The notes beneath the pieces are model-generated. The model did not search any database and was not told where the DNA came from. It saw nothing but the letters and a program-made list of their open reading frames with translations. Below are positions 46,970-60,166 of a DNA stretch of 64,000 nucleotides, piece after piece. The stretch covers positions 62,001 through 126,000 of the forward strand of contig RSEE01000142.1 in NCBI GenBank assembly GCA_003971905.1. Direction: 5' to 3'. The DNA is from Moniliella sp. 'wahieum'. Its lineage: Eukaryota. The stretch's first letter is position 1; every line of letters starts with the position of its first letter. The translations under genes were made by a program, and so were the position numbers.

Positions 46970-48016
46970 TTAATCCAGCTTGGACTGAGCCTTGTCGTTG
47001 TACTCGGGGTGCTTGTCCTCAAAAATGTCATAGTTGCAGTCGTCCGACTGGTCGCACACACGCGAGGGCGGGTGCGCGTTGGCGGCCGCCTCGATCGCGT
47101 CGAATTCGGCCTTGGTGAGGGTAATGTAGGCCATGTTGGACTCGATGCGGGACGGGGTGACACTCTTGGGCAAGACCACCAGGCCACGGCTCAGGAGCCA
47201 GGAAATGACGACCGTAGCAGGCGGCACGCCGCGTGCCTTGGCCACCTCCTCAATCGCCGGCGACGAGTTGTACTTGGCACCGGTCGAGCCAAGCGGCGAG
47301 TAGGCCTCGACGACAATGTCGTGGCGCTGCAGCCAGTCAATCAGGTCGGGTTGCGGGTTGCCAAAGTTGACCTCGATCTGGTTGGCCACCGGCTTGATTT
47401 CCGGCGTTTTGGAGAATGTAGCGCGTCTTGCGCACATTAAAGTTGGAGATACCAATGCTCTTGACCAAGCCCTTCTTGACCAGCGCCTCCATCTTGCGCC
47501 ACGTGGGCAGAGGGTCATCGGACATCTCCTTGTTGATAATGTACTTGCCCTCGCTCGTCTTCTTCTCCTCAGTGGGGAGCGAACCATCCGAGGTGGGCAC
47601 CGGCTCAAAGGCAACAGGCCAGTGCACGAGGTAGAGGTCAAGGTATTCCAGTCCCAGGTCACTGAGCGTTTTGCGCACCGCCGCCTCGGGGTCGGCGTGG
47701 TGGATCTCGTAGCACTTGCTCGTCACAAAGATCTGGTCGCGCGGCACGCCCGAGTCCTTGATGCCTTGGCCCACTTCATTTTCGTTGCCGTAGCACCAGG
47801 CAGCGTCAATCAGCTTCTGGCCGTGGGTCAGGGCGTGGGCCACAGCCGTCTCCACCTGGCCGGGGGCACTCTTCCAGGTGCCGAGGCCCAGAGAGGGGAT
47901 GGTGTTGCCGTTGGACAGCTTGTAGGAAGCAACAGGCCTGATGGCAGAAGACGTATCAGCACCTGGGGCAGAGAAGAGAGGGAGAGGCGTGGGACATACT
48001 CGTGGTAGGAAACCAT
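46970..48016 (-). CDS. Aldo-keto reductase, GCY1/YPR1 (aldehyde reductase)-like
   Basis: LSNGNTIPSLGLGTWKS, IDAAWCYGNENEVG, IFVTSK, YLDLYLVHWP, VKSIGISNF, PVANQIE, AYSPLGS, VLPKSVTPSRIESN. Intron about 47938-47999; one indel. Confidence 0.93.
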
Positions 48017-48902
48017 GGTGGAGAAGAGAGGTGTGTGGTAGAGGTGGTGGTGGTGTGGAAGACGAGTGCATGGCACGGGGCCGAGGTGTTAAATAGGCCC
48101 AAGGGCCTGGGGAAGCTGCCGAGCTACCTACGCGCAGAGATAATCGATCCAGCGATAGTCGACAGTCGGGGGTGGATCGCGGGTGGCACGGACCACAACC
48201 ACACCTGCCTCTTGGGGGGAGCCGAGGGAGGGAGGACACTGGCGCTGTGCCGCCATCGGGTAATTCTCACGTCGCAATATAGCCGGCCGGCAGCCACGTG
48301 GCGCTGCAATTGCTAATTGAGTGGGCGTTTGGTTTGGCGCTGGGCGCTGGGTGGGGGCCATGTAACAGTTGGCCACACCCAGGCCAGGCGGCAGATCCCT
48401 GACAGATCTCAGCTCGCGGCGCAGAAGAGACGGTGCCTGTCCCTCTGGCCTCAAGCTCAAGCCGCCTGCGCCGACCCACTCGGTCGCCTCATCCATCCAT
48501 CGTCTCGCCTTGCCGGCCGCCACAGCCTATCTCGGGGGCCATGCCCGCTGCCCCCCTTTTCCAATTCTCTCGTCGGATATACACTGGCAGACAGACGCAC
48601 AACCCGCGGGCCTACCGGCCTACCCCGCCTCCTCTCTCCATCAACCGAACAAGAGCTTGTGACGCGGCCCCCATCTCGCGCGCCTGCCTTGCGTTGCAAC
48701 AAGCCGCCAGCTAATTCTATGCTTTAGTTGTATCACTGTCTGGAGAGCCAGCCCTGCCAAGTCACTATAGTACCTGTGCCCGCACTCGCCGTGCCCGGAA
48801 GGATGAACGTGGAATGAGCGACTTCGGCCAGATCCCGCCTTGATCAACGATTAGATTAGAACGGTGTGTCCCTCGATGGATACAATCGCCAAAATAAAAA
48901 AG

Positions 48903-48998
48903 TGGTCAATATGAGGCTTGAACTCATGACCTTGGCATCACCAACACTCCGAGGCGGATGTATTAGTACCACGCTCTGACCAACTGAGCTAATCGACC
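48903..48998 (-). tRNA. tRNA-Ile(AAT) with 22-nt intron (48939-48960)
   Basis: Minus strand reads GGTCGATTAGCTCAGTTGGTCAGAGCG-TGGTA-CTAATA-[intron]-A-TGCCA-AGGTC-ATGAGTTCAAGCCTCAT-ATTGACC-A, followed by a T-run terminator. Confidence 0.95.
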
Positions 48999-49028
48999 GA
49001 TGCTACTCTCCGCCAGCACGCACATCGT

Positions 49029-50639
49029 ATGCCGACAGCTGCTTTGCCTCGCTCGTTCGCTGGCTTGCTTCTTCTTGCCTGGCCTTGGCCACCTGCTGGG
49101 CGGGCGAGCGCAGGATGCCACCTCCTTCGCGTCTGGGTGTCGTCGTTGCCGCGTCGGGCGGGAGCGACTCGGTGGGGCTGCTGCTGCTGTGTGCGCAGGT
49201 GGCCCGCGCCGCGCCCTGGCTGCACGTGGAGGCGGTGACGTGCGACCACGGGTTGCGCGCCAGCAGCGCGGAGGAAGCGCGCGGGGTGGCGGGCCTGGCC
49301 GCGCGCCTGGGCCTCCGCCACACCACCTACCGTCTCCCCGCCGCCCCCGCCGGCAGCAGCAGTGGTGCCAGTGTGGATGCGCGCGAGGACGCGCTGCGCA
49401 CGTGGAGGTACCGCTGTCTGGCGTCGCATCTGCACACATCCCGCGCCCACGTCCTCCTCACCGCCCATCACGCCCAAGACCAAGTGGAGACAATGGCTTT
49501 GCGCTGGGCCGGCGGCTCGCGATCCGCCTCGGACGGGCTGGCTGGCATGCGTACCGTCACCCGTCTTGCGCCCGCTCGGTTTGGTCTGCCCCCCTGGCCG
49601 TTGGCGCAGCAGGCGGAGCAAGCGGCGGCGGCGGTGGGTGGCGACGCGGTGCGGGCGCATGGGGTGGCGCATCGCATGCTCGTTGCGGACCAAGCGCCCG
49701 GGATGGAAGAGCAGTTGCTCGTTCGTCCGTTTTTGCAGGTGAACAAGACGACGTTGCGCAACGTGTGTCTGGCGGCGGGGAGCGGTGGTTCGAGGACGAA
49801 AGCAATACCGATCCCACAGTCGGCGTGCGCAACGAGATTCGTGCGTTTCTGGCCGACCCAGAGGCGGACAAGGTGAGTGAAGCAATGCGGTGCAAGTACA
49901 CGTCCCTTTTCCAGGATCTTGGCTCGGCGTTCGAGCTGGAGGACTGGAGTCCCCAGGGTTTGGCCCGCCTCGCGCAACTGGCCGCCCAACGCAACCAACT
50001 GGACTGGAGGCGGAAGCGGTAGCGATGGCCATGCAAATCCGCCTGCCTGCCCCGGTCTGGATGCCAGACACGACGCGTTGGGGGCTGCCGGCGCATCCAC
50101 GTTCGAGTCTGCTGGTTGGACCGTACCCGGCGTCAGCACCGGCGCCGGTCCGCGCCCACGCCCTCGCTCTCCTGCTCGATGCCGTGTCACCGTTCCCCAG
50201 CGGCAGCCCCGAAGCGCGCGGCCGCTCTTCGCGCTCCTGGGACGCGGCATGTACCTTGTTGGACCCCGGCCCCGACCCCGACCCCGACCCAGCCCTCCGA
50301 CCCGGCCCAGGCAAGCTGACCTTGGCCGGGGTCCAAATACGAAGGACAACGATCCGTACCCGAGGCCAGCCCGTCACCAGGGCCATCGTCTTGTCGCGCC
50401 AACCGCCGACGCGGGAAGAACAGGCAATCGCAACGAGTGCGCTGGCTCACTTGCCCGAAGCGTGGACGCTGCTGGACCAACGCCTGCTCCTTCGTCCCTC
50501 GCGACAGGCACAGGGGGTGGAACAGTACTGGGCTCGGCCCGGGGTGCAACTCCAGTCCACCCTGCCTCCGCTGGTTGGCGAGTTGGTGGTTCGGCTGCAA
50601 CAGGCTGCGGAGCTCTACCGCCACGGTCCTGGTCGGTAA
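49029..50639 (+). CDS. tilS: tRNA(Ile)-lysidine synthetase-like PP-loop ATPase (TilS family)
   Basis: VVVAASGGSDS (PP-loop), TCDHGLRASSAEEA, RTWRYRCL, LLTAHHAQDQVETM, GLAGMR, LVRPFLQVNK, WFEDESNTDP..RNEIR. Frameshifts; start may be 49000, 49029 or 49115. Confidence 0.88.
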
Positions 50640-51002
50640 ACGGATAGGCATCACCGCGTCTCCTCCTCTCTCTCGCCTTGCGGGCGTTCATCGACGTGAC
50701 CTTTCGGTCAATCCATTAATTACTATTCAAATGAGCGACAGGGCTCGGATCGAGGGATCCGCAGCGTTCGTTAGCGCTACGCGGGGCTGGCAAGAAGGGT
50801 AAAGAGAGCCAAGGGGGGAAAGGGATTGCAAGGAGTGCAAGGAGAATAGGGTAGACAAGGGGAATAAGAGGGAAGGAGGGGGCAGGCAGGGGAAAGAAGG
50901 GGTCAGCACGGCATCGGACTGACCAGCAGTCCCTGCGTCGTAGCCACCGCTGCCGTCTGCTCAGCCAGTGTTCCGAGCCAGGCGTTCCAGAGCGCTTGAC
51001 GT

Positions 51003-54000
51003 TCACGCCAAGTCAGGGGGGGGAGGCTTGGGCCGATCCGGACCAAGTAGCGATTCGAGTGCTTTGAGCGCTTTGGCCAGCGCGTAGCACGCGCGTGCCA
51101 AGCTGGCCTTATCGCCGGCGCTCACCTCGCCTCCGGCGCGCGTACGCTCCTGGACAGCGACCAGGACATCACATGGTCCCGCCAAGGCGCTCAGCACCCG
51201 CTCCGCTTCCGGATCGGTGCCCTTCTCCCGACCGCGTAGCCGAGGCAGATGGTCCACCGAGATGGCCTGGATGGCCATGGCAAACGTGACGATCTGTCCC
51301 AAGGAACTGGTCAGCGCCTCACCCGTTGGTCCCGTCGGTCCTGCACTGCGCAGCAGGCCGAGCAACTCGGACACACTACCAAAAATGGCACGGGTTTGCA
51401 CCTCAATGTACCGTCGCAACTCGAACGTTTCCGCCTTGGGACGTTGGTGCACGGGCAAGGTGCCTTGCGACCAGACCGACATGCGGCCCGCCCCGGACGT
51501 CGCCGTGCTCGTCCGTGCTCCTGCCGGCTCCGCACTCGTCTCATCCAGCTCGTCGTCCCGTCCCGCGGAGCCGGTGGGGGTGGTGGCAACCTTGGCTCGA
51601 GCGGAGGCGAACGCGCCTCGTCCCGTTTTGGCAGCGATCGGTCCTGCTCGGCCCACGAGGGCGAGACGGGATTGGAGTGGTAGGCACAGTGGTATCGGGC
51701 GAAGGCGGGGCCGAGGGGGGATCTTTAGTGGGAGTGAGCTTTCGTATTGGCGGGCGGGAGAAGAAGGCCGTGTCACCGGCCGAGGTGGAAGTGGAAGCGG
51801 ATGAAGTGGAGGCCAAGGGGTGCTCGGGCTCGGGATCGCCATCCAAAGTCAAAGGCGTGCCCAGCATCTGGCCCAATTGGTCCAACAAGGCTTGCACCGC
51901 CCTGTCGAGGTGTCCTTGGGTCGTGGGCGTAGGGTTGTCCCCCCGTTCCCGCACCGAGGAAATCAGGTGCTCCAACACGGGCCCCACCGCCGCGCAACGT
52001 TCCGCCGTCTGGCCGCGGCACACAGTCGTCACAGCCTTGGCGACTTGTTGAACGGCGAGGAGAACCTCGTCAGAGGCACCTACATGGTTGGCCGCTTGCA
52101 GCTCCTCCACACTTGCCAACAGGTAAGCCACGTCGCTGCCCGTATCGGGCAGGTGCGCTTCCGTTCCGCCCGGGGACGAGGCGAGGCGGATAGTAGCGCG
52201 CAAAGCACGATATTTGCGTTGCCACGTCCGAAGTTGTCGTTGGGCCTCGTCGAGTTGCCGTCCTTGGCGCTCATTCTCGCGCAGCAGCTCGTCGTTGGCC
52301 CGGCCTAGGGCTTGCATCTCTGCCATCAACGCTGTTACTTTTTCTCGTGCCGCCAGCACGCTCGGGGGAACCTCCACGGCACGCGGGGGCAAGGCCAACT
52401 TGGTCTCCAATGCAGCCTTGTTCGATTCCAACTGGGCGCGCACCTGGCTCTCCTCTTTAAGCGCATGCTGGCATTTTGTCAAGGCAGCATGGGCAACTGA
52501 AAGGTCGGAACGCAACTCGGTTTCGGTGTGACGGAGGGATTCCAGTTGTGTTCGAACGAGGTTCAACTCGGTCCTCAGATCCTCTTTGCTCCCCGCAGAC
52601 GCTTGTGGCGGAAGGGCCAAGGCAGTGTTCGAAGGTGGACTCGACGCACTCGGCGCACTCGGCTCTGAGGACGCAGGGGCCATTTGAGCCAGCTCCAATT
52701 CCAGGGCAGCCATCGCATCTTCGGGCTGCTGTCGCGTATCTGTAGGTGATACTGCATTCTCGCGAGCCTGCATGCCTTGCTTGTCCCACCCCCATGATTT
52801 CAATCCGCCAATTCCCCTCAGGGGGGGGGGTAGGCCAAGCCGACTTGGCTTGGTGTGGGGCGAGGGGTCGACCGGTGAGGCGTCCGAGTCTGGCGTGGTC
52901 TGCGTAAGGGAAGGGCGAGGCGCCGGATGGCTTGGGTCCCAGGTAAGTGAGGTGGGCGTGGTGGATGAATCGTCACTTTTCCTGTCGAGGAAACGGGGCG
53001 ATGGAAGAAGGCGGGGCGCCCATAGCGCTGGCGGTCGCAGCGCCTGCACTGGCGGATGCGGGCGGGCCCGGAGCCGAGCGGGAAGCAAGCGGCAACGCGG
53101 CGACGGGGCGTTCTACCGACGTTTCCCGCGACAAGACGCCCGAGGAAGATTCTCCCCACGAGAAGCGCCAGGTGCCATGGGATGAGCGGGGAGAGTGCCG
53201 CGGCCCGGCAGCTTCGTCATGGGACCCAGGTTGAGGCGAGGAGGAAGTCCCCAAAGCAGCAGCAGGGGTGGGATCAGGGTATGGACGAGAGCGATCCGGC
53301 CGATCCGGTAGCTCGTGGACAGAGTCGAGGCGTTCCGAGGCAAACTGCTCCGAGAAGGTGTTGCTGTGACCCGAGTGAGCATAGGCCGGGTTGATGGGCG
53401 GCAAAGGAGGGACGGTAGTGTCGTCGGACAGCCGCCAAGGCTGGTGGGATGGGGTGAAGGAGGATTGGCTGGTGGCCGAGGACAGGCCCAGGGACCGCCA
53501 AGAGGTAACCGCGTCGGGTTCGGACGTCTGGCGGGCGAGGATATGTGGGTAAGAGTCGGAATGCGGTTCAAGCATCTGTTCTTCTAGGCCCGAGCCGTCG
53601 TGGCCGTGGGCGTTGCCGTGGGGGTCGTGCTCTGCGTCCGGATCTGTGTCCGGCTCGGGGGGGCGTAGGGCACCTCGATCACAGCATCCTCGACGGTGGC
53701 CTTGGAAGGGGAGGGAAGGATGTGCTGGGTGCTGACGCTAGGGGCGGCCGAGGCAGGCGTAGTTGGGGAGTAGGGGAGGGAGCGAAGGCGGGGACGGGGC
53801 CGGGGGTGGGGGTGGGGGCCGAGGGTGGGACGGGGGTGGGCGGGGCAAGATGGGGGTTGCGGCGCTCAATCTCGAGGTAGACGTCGGCGGCAAGGTCCTT
53901 GAAGCGGCCGTTGGGCAGAGCAGAGAGTTTGGTGCGCGTGGCGTTGCGTTTGGGATGGTAGGTGGGCACGGGCGGCAGGGGGGGGGACGGGGGGGGCGGT

Positions 54001-54460
54001 AGGAGTGGTGCGCGCGCGCGCGAGGGCGTCGCGGCGGAGAAGCTCGTCGTAGACATCGGTGCTGAGCTCGCCAAACTGGTTGGGGGAGAGACGGAGGAGC
54101 TTGCCGCGGGCAGCGCGGCGGTCGTTGGGCGGGGCCGAGGGCGGGGGCAGGGGGGGGGGGGGGGGCGAGGGAGGCATGGAGGTTGTGGCGCCTGAGGAAG
54201 GCGTCGAGCGCAGCGTGGTGCTCGGCGGCGATGCGCTGGAGACTGCGGGTGCTGCGGCGGCGGGTGCGCTGGCGGGCGGGCGCCGGGGCGGGGCCGGGGG
54301 CGGGGGCGGGGAGGGTCGGCAGAGGGCGAGTGGGTGCGGCGGAGGGCAGAGAAGCTGAGGCCGCTGCTGACGCTGGCGCGCATCTCGCGGAGCGTGCGGT
54401 GGGTGTGGAGGGGCGAGGCGGGGGGGGGCCAAAGCCAGCCCCAGTGGGATCGGCGTTCAT
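51003..54460 (-). CDS. SPA2: Polarisome scaffold Spa2 / GIT-like protein
   Basis: Two SHD repeats (ARGKLLRLSPNQFGELSTDVYDELLRR and KRNATRTKLSALPNGRFKDLAADVYLEIERRNP), a central coiled coil, and a GIT1_C-like end (ELRRYIEVQTRAIFGSVSELL..LARACYALAKALKAL). Frameshifts present. Confidence 0.88.
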
Positions 54461-55057
54461 GGGTGGGGGGGCGGCGGCGATGGAGGGGAGGGCGCTGCGG
54501 GTGGCGAGCGGGCCCTTGGAGATGGCGCGGCGGCTGTGGGTGCGGGCGGCTGGCGGTGCCGCCTGCTCTGCATGCATCACACTCGCCGTGGCGCCGGCAT
54601 GGGGCCGCTGCTTACCTCAGCACGCGCCGGGGGGTGCGCTGAACGTTTCACATCACCGCTGGGAATGGGAGAGCCCCACATTGTACGTAGCTGCGCCCAC
54701 ACCAGTGTATTTAACCCCGCTCCATCCGTCGGCGCTCGGCGGCCACCGTTGGTTGCACGCACAGCACGGCGCCCGGGCAAGTGGGCAGCTGGCCCGGCCG
54801 AGCCACGCCACGTGCAACGCCGCCTCGCACACCCGTCCACCGGGTGTAGAGCGGCACATCCGCATGCAGTGCAGTCAAACCAACCAAGGTGTGTGTAGAT
54901 GTCGGCGCCTCTTCGGCTGGGTTGTAGACGCCCCCCGCTTGGCCAGGGGCAGTCTATAACCCCCCTGGGCGTGGTGCTGGCTAGCCTCCAGATGGGGCGG
55001 GCAGGATCCCTACCCTCGCTCCTGCCCCCCTCCTTTTCCCCCCACTGTCCCACGCGC

Positions 55058-57895
55058 ATGTCGACGCCTTCCCCCCTCCCCAACCCGTGGCCGAGGCGTG
55101 CGCCCCCCCGCCGCGAGCCTGCCAGTGGTCCAGACCGCGCTGCAGCAAGCTGAGGCGGACCGCGATGTGGCGTTGGCCGAGCCGGCGGAAGCGTGTGCGG
55201 AGCGGGACGTGGCGTGTGCAGAGCGGGACAGTGCGCAGCAGGCGCTCGCGCTCGCCGAAACGCGCGGGCACCAAGCCGCTCACGAAGCGCAGACGCAGTT
55301 GGAACGGATGCAGAAGGCGTATGACCAAGCCAAAGTCGAAGCGCACGATGCGTTGGGTACTCGCGACCATGCACGGGCCGAGCGCGATCTGGCATGGAGC
55401 CGGAGAGACGAGGCGATGGCAGCGCAGCGCGCATTGCAGGACGAATTGCAGAGTGCGCAATGGAAGCGCGACGAGGCGCTCCAGTGGGCCGAGCGCGCCC
55501 GCCAAGACCAAGAGACGCACAAGCACGTCGAAGCACAGCGCCAACGTGACCTAGACCAGCTTCAGCAGTCGCTCCGCCAAGCAAGGAACGATATGGCCCA
55601 GCGGAATGAGGAGCTGGAACGGGTGCGCGCCCAGCACGCCAGTCTCGAAACAGCCCAGCTCCGGACGGTCCAACGTCTTTCCCAGGCCCAGGCCCAAATC
55701 ACGGCCCTGGAGCAAACCCTGGCTGAAATGATGAGCCAAAGGGAGCAAGAGGACCAAACGTGGTCCCGCACGGTCCAGCAGGGGGAAGCGGCGGTACGTC
55801 AAGCGCAACAAGAGCGGGACGAAGCGATGGCCACCGTCGCGCGTCAACGCAAGCAGATGGAGCAAGTGCAACGTGCACTTACCCAGGTCCAGGCCACTCA
55901 CGAGGCGGACCGGGCCACGTGGAACATCCAACTCGCGCACGAAAAGCAGGACAGGGAGCACTTGCAGCACCAGCTCACCCAGCAACGGCACAAGGTACTG
56001 TGGCGCAGGAGGGAAAGAGGTGGAGACCGAGTTGGTTGCCGCGCGCACGGAGCGGGATGAGGCGGTGCAGAAAACGCACGAAGTGCAAGCCGCTGCGGAG
56101 CGAACGTTGAAGAAGACGCAGGAGCAAGGGGAGCAATGGTATGCCCAGCTGGCCAAGGTGGAGAAGGCATGGGAGGAAGCCGTGCGCCTGGGCCAGCACG
56201 CCAAGGGCGAGCGCGACGCTACGCAGAGCCAGCTCCACACCACGCGCGACGAGAACTATCTCAGTGCCAAGCCAGGCTGACCACCGCCGAGGAGGCCAGC
56301 AAGAAGCTTCGCGAGGAGAAGGAAGTGCAGGAGAAGCAATGGAAACGTTCGCTTGCCATCGCGCACGAGGGTCGGCACAAGTGGGCGGTCAAGTTCCGGC
56401 TGAGCGAACAGGGCCGGCAGCAAGGCGAAGAGGAGTTGCTGTCCGCGTTGGACGAACGGGACCAAGCCAAGGCCAGTGCGCAAGCCGCGGAGCACACGCG
56501 CGCCGACACGGAGCGCGTGTTGAACAATGTCATGCAAGCCCGGGAGTTGCTAGCGCAGCAACTGGCCAAGGCTGAAGATGGGTGGGACGAAGCGGTGCGC
56601 AATGCACAGGCCACCTATACCGCCCAACTAGCTCTCTTTCACAGGGCAAGGGACGAAGCAGCTGATGCCAAGAACCAGGTCAATCAGCTTACCCAGCGCA
56701 TTACTCATCTCGAGGCCCAGCTGACCCAGGCCCAGTCCGATCACGCAGTGCTAAAGGGCGAGCGCGATCGCGCCCGGTGCCTCCACCTGGAAGGGCAGGA
56801 CGAGTTGGAGGAGGTGCGGGACCGTTGGGAAGCGGCGCAGCTGGCGTTCGAGTTGGATACCAAGGCAGCCTGGGCCCAGGTCGCATCGGCGGACCAACAT
56901 GCGTCTCGTCTCAAGGAGAAAATTACCAAACTGCAAGACCAAGTCCGGCGGCTGCGCAACCCCGAATCGTACGTGGACGGACCGGATGATGAGGACGGAT
57001 ACCTATGCAAGTTGATTGTCTCCCGGGCCCAGGCGCTGCAGCGAGCGTATGAGTCTGAGGAACGGGCTCAAGAAGCACGTGAGCAATTGGTGGATGCGTT
57101 GGAACGGGCACGTCAGCTGAGGAAGACTTGGAACGGGTAAAGAAGAAGGCGGTGGAGGAGCAAGGTCTGCTGCGTCTCTCTCGTTCCACTGGACATGCCC
57201 CTTCACCTCCGCTGACAGATCCGGTCTGGACCCGTCTGTTGACCACAATGGGCGAGCGAGATGATCTCCGGGCGGCAGTCAAGACCCTTGTGGCTCAGTT
57301 GGATCAGTTGGCAGGGCGAAACGAGGAGAGACAGCAGCAAGGACACGTAGCTGGACACGACCCAGTTCCCGCAACACCTCCTTCTGACGGAGTGAAACTA
57401 GCAGGCCCCCAGGACGAACCAGCAACATGGTCTGTGCTCCTCTCCGAGCTGAACCGGCTGCATCATGAGTTGGACGTGGCGCAGCGGGGTCAGGCCAAGG
57501 TCCAACGGGAGCGCGAGTGGGTGCGCAACAAGAATATGTGGGCGCACCGGCGCCGGCCGACCGGTCTTGTATCTACTAAGGACCGCTTCTGCCCCCCGGG
57601 TCGAGGGCACCGCCTCACACTTTTCTGTTGTTTAATTGGTCCCAACAATGCCTTATCAGCATGGATTCCCGCGAGTTCGAGGCACAAACGAACCCCCACC
57701 GCATGGTGCACGCAGGCTATGAGGGAAATAATAGCGTTTAGACTAGTGTGGTCCAAAGCAGAAGAGAGGGAGCGAGGTTGCGCAACGGAGGAAACCATGA
57801 ACAGCAACGACACGGGGAGGTTATTAGGGCAGACTCATTACAGCGGCTGCCAGAGGGGCATAAGTCATCGGATCGGATCCCATGCCGTCAAGTAA
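55058..57895 (+). CDS. Long coiled-coil protein of unknown function (3' end uncertain)
   Basis: Several hundred residues of A/E/Q/R-rich heptad-like sequence with recurring ERDxA words across joined ORFs 55098-56060, 55873-56280, 56136-57140 and 57128-57895. Confidence 0.65.
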
Positions 57896-57903
57896 AACTC
57901 GGT

Positions 57904-60166
57904 TTACCACTGACCGGGGTCGGCGGGGCGCAGTTCGCGGTAGAGCGGTACCCAGGCACGGTGCCGGGCCAACTTCTCCATTTCCTCGAGCGTGTCGGGC
58001 AAGTCTTCGACCCGAGCCAGCCTTCCTTGGCAGCCAGTGCGACGGCAGCCGAGACCTTCATGCTGACGTTGCGCATGTCGGTCAGGTCGGGCAAGAGGGA
58101 CGCATCCGGGTCCTTGAGCGCCGGGCTGAGCGAAGCAATCGCATCTACCCCGGCGACAATCATGCTGTCGGTCAAGTGCTTTGCCTTGGCCAAGATCACG
58201 CCGCCGCCCAAGCCAGGGAAGCCAAGTGCATTGTTCGATTCGGCCACCGTGTACATCTTGTTCGAGTTGGGGATGGGCACGGGGGGAAGGGGAGCCGGTA
58301 GCGATCAAGGCACGGCCATGCGACCATTCGTTGATCTCGTCCGGCCGGGCTTCGGAGAGACGGGACGGGTTGGAGAGCGGCAGGATGGCGGGGCGCTCGC
58401 AGTGCGCCGACATTTCCCGCACCACAGCCTCGGTGAACGCCCCCCCCTGGCCCGATACGCCAATCAGAACAGTAGGTTTCACTTGCTTGACCACTTCCAG
58501 CAGGGGGAACCCATGCCCCTCTTTGGGCGCGGGCCAGTTGGCCACCTCTTCCTTCTCTCGGGCAAAGGGAACTTGCGCTTCGCGCAGCTCAACCTCGCCC
58601 TTGACCAGCAACCCTTCCCGGTCGATGAGCCACAGCCGCTTGGCAGCCTCTTCCTTACTCAGACCCTGGCGGATGGAAATGGCATCGCGAATTTGGGCTG
58701 CAATGCCGAGGCTGGCAGTGCCCGCGCCAAAGATAATGTACCGCTGGTCCTTAAGCGTCGACTTGGTCACCTTGACCGCCGACAAGACCGCAGCCAGCGT
58801 CACAGCCGCTGTGCCCTGGAGAAAACGAAAACAGGTGAGTCTGGGTTCAGGGGATGGGAATGGGAATGGGAAGGGGGACGTGGCCAGTTCCAACATACCT
58901 GCTCGTCATCCCAAAAGACATTGTACTGCGGCCGGTACTTGAGCAGCAGACGGTGGGCATTTTGGGTGCCAAAGTCCTCGTAGTGAAGCAAAGCGTTGGG
59001 GAAGCAGGTGCTGGCTACGCTGGTGTAATCGTCCATAAAGGCATCGTACTCAGCTCCACGCAGTCGAGGGTTCCGCCAGCCCAGGTACAACGGGTCGGCG
59101 AGCATACTCGCATTGTTGGTGCCGACATCCAGGCCGATACTAAGCATGCGCTGGGTCAAAGCCGCCGCCGACGGCGTAGATGGTGTTCTTGCCAATGGCA
59201 ATGTTAATTCCGCCAACACCTAATCGAAACGGTTAGCAGTCGTGTGGGATGGGTGCTACCAACCAAAAGAGCCGAGGAGAGAAGAGAAGCGGAACACGTA
59301 CCCTGGTCGCCAATGCCCAGAATTCCTTCACTGTCTGTGCACGTCAGCAAATCATAGTCCGGTCAAGTGGCCATAGTGCGTGATGGCGTCCTGGATGTAC
59401 TTGCGTCCGGCGTCGCGGTCGCCACCAGAAGCGTCAATGGCAGCCTTGTACGCCGGGTAGGAGAGGGTAGGAGATGGGTGCCATCGGGGCGGCGGAAGAT
59501 GCGCGAGTAGTTGGTGATCGCAGACCCGACGACGGGGGTGTAAATGATGCGCAGGGTTTCCTTTAGGTTGCGGAACAGCAGCGCATAAAATAGAATCGCA
59601 TTCTGGTCCTTCAACGAGCGCAGAAAGGTGTACTGCATAATGTCACCGTCGTCCTCATTGCCGTACTTGGCGATGCGTTGGCGCAGCTTGAGCTGGTTGT
59701 ACGCCCGGTCCACCTGGGTGGACAGGGTGTGGATGCTGTGGGGCAAAAAGGGGCTGAGACCAAGCGACTCACGCTCGGCCCAACTGTGCGCGGCACCGTA
59801 GTTGCTCATCGGGTCTTCCAGCACCTCGCCCCCGCGCTTGTGGACATACAACACCGGCAGCGGCGGCGAGCCAGGCGGGTTGCTTGGGTGCACCGTGCGC
59901 TCGGACGAGGAGCCGGGGGCCCCGGCAAGCGCGTGGGGCGCCGGACGCGCACGACGCGACGGACCGTAGGGCTGCTCTTGCTTGGGCGCCGCAGCGCCTG
60001 CCTTGGTGTGCTTGGCCTCGGTCGCATAGCGACGACGATGGGCCGACGGGTCGGCAGCGGTGGTGGAGAGGACACGCCGGGCAGCCACGAAGACGGGAGG
60101 GGGCGCGCGGGCGGTGGTGGCCGCCGCGGCCGCGTGGACGGGGCGTGCGAGGCGCGGGAGCAGCAT
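57904..60166 (-). CDS. MAE1: Malic enzyme with a predicted mitochondrial presequence
   Basis: Arg/Ala-rich N-terminus; FLRSLKDQNAILFY, IIYTPVVGSAI, TDSEGILGIGDQG, LDVGTNN..LADPLYLG, HYEDFG, DDEQ|GTAAVTLAA, FGAGTA, PLSNP, ESNNALGFPGLG. Several introns. Confidence 0.95.

Noticed and set aside
46970..46985. AKR C-terminus QSKLD* as a PTS1
   Set aside because: SKL is followed by Asp before the stop, so it is not terminal, and no splice or readthrough route is evident.
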